This document shows positions 62,679 to 64,000 of a DNA stretch of 64,000 bases, one piece after another. The stretch lies in contig CM102283.1 of assembly GCA_046563655.1 (NCBI GenBank), positions 558,001 to 622,000 on the forward strand. Reading direction: 5' to 3'. The DNA comes from Yuukianura sp. NJ FZ-2021 (taxonomy: Eukaryota). The notes under the pieces were generated by a model. The model was not told the DNA's origin, searched no databases, and saw only the letters and a list, made by a program, of their open reading frames with translations. The position numbers were made by a program, and so were the translations under genes. The number at the start of each line of letters is the position of its first letter. Position 1 is the stretch's first letter.

Positions 62679-63050
62679 AAAAAAAGTCGTCATTATGATT
62701 TATAATTGTTACTGATTACAATTTTTTTCAAATCGGACTTTGACAAAAACCTTTTGTTGGAATTTTTTCAAATAAAGCCTTAGTCAGAATCATTAAACAT
62801 TTTAAGAAAAAATTATTTTATGTGATTAAACTCCTCACGACTGCATGTCGGCTGGCAATCTATAATCGAGTTACTCATAACTTTTTAAGAAATTAAGGTC
62901 ATGCTCTAGGTCAAACGTGTGTCTTGTGAGCTAAATCTTACTCTTATGAAATTATCTAACGTCATTGATTTACTTAAGTTGAATGCACTCCCTTCTGATT
63001 ATTTACTTAAAAACTTCAATTTGAATTTCCTAAAAATAAAATACTTTATT

Positions 63051-63945
63051 TCACCAGTCGTCGGCATTGAAAATGACTCGACTGCAAGTTTGACTCCTGG
63101 TTTTAAAAGATCCGCGGGGACACTTGGTCGTAAATGCTGAAAACGCAAAGGAAAATTTCTTCGCAAACCCACAAATGAGCGTCGATCCATCATCATCATC
63201 AATCCGAATGGTTTCTTTGGCTTCAGAATTTTCTGGAACTGCGCCTTTATTTACACAATTTGAGCCGAGTTCAACGCACCTTCCTTCAAATGGAATCAAA
63301 AGTTTCCGAGCCCATCGTCGGAAACACGGATTTTTTTGGCAGCGGAGTTCAGCCGAACCGGCACGCGCTGGCACCAAAATGTGACCTCGTTTGCAAAATC
63401 CCTGGGAAATTAGCACACACGACGATTAGGTTTCAAAGAAACTAGTATGTCTAACAATCTAACAAATTAACGTAACTTGGCTTAGTTAAGCTAAGGGTTA
63501 ACCTGTTCATAGACCGAGTAGCACTTGTTGTGTGGTGGGTAGTAGGCCGTTAGTTTAGAAAGTTCTGTACATTGACACGACCCGTACAGGTCATCCACTG
63601 AACTAAAGGTCATTTTGGTATTGGTTCCACAAGGCCCAGTGGATGGCATAGGGTAGCACTGTTGCGTTTCATTGTGAAATCTACTCGTTACTAGTGCATC
63701 CGCACATGCCTGGGCTCTAAAAACAGTAAAAAGGAACAAATTTTATAAATCAATTTATTCTAAAAATCAAAAACTCTTACTATCAAACAGAATGAAACGC
63801 TTACGTATGTATTTAATTTTTTTTTGGTATTATTTACAAACCTTTGAAACAGTTCAGTTTCCGACAGTGGCCTTTGACCTCTCGTGAGTTGGCAATTGAC
63901 CAAGGTGAAAATAAGGAAAAAGCACACGGATTTGACAGTTTCCAT
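63051..63945 (-). CDS. Secreted Cys-rich DUF4789-like protein, about 3 exons
   Basis: Signal peptide; HNETQQCYPMPSTGPC and YPPHNKCYSVYEQ|GFC repeats. Confidence 0.7.
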
Positions 63946-64000
63946 TTTTTAAAGTTTTTAACAAAGTTGATGTTTCTCCGGAAAGTTTCCGTAGAATAAC

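Overview
AT-rich eukaryotic DNA with short GT-AG introns. The gene content (neuroparsin, Henna-type PAH, DUF4789) indicates an arthropod; springtail-like is an inference. Bases 1-28 kb are mostly mobile DNA: a Ty3/Gypsy element nested in a second Gypsy, a solo LTR, an intact intron-containing DD41D Tc1/mariner plus a deletion derivative, Helitron-like elements with satellite arrays, MITEs and unassigned ORFs. Bases 29-64 kb are gene-dense: YIPF3-like, MED9, MGRN1/RNF157, neuroparsin, CPTP, borealin-like, an intact BEL/Pao retrotransposon, PAH, an F-box gene, small secreted proteins, a squalene-synthase-like gene, a BBE-like flavin oxidase and a DUF4789 gene. Main leads: (1) a Gypsy element with a splice-acceptor-fed second Gag-like ORF (capsid C-terminal-like, polyproline, CCHC) where env would sit; (2) a divergent, unanchored squalene-synthase-like gene next to a BBE-like oxidase, possibly an animal terpenoid cluster; (3) MED9 and YIPF3 only 43 bp apart on one strand, probably dicistronic. 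All family calls come from motif recognition by eye; no searches were run.
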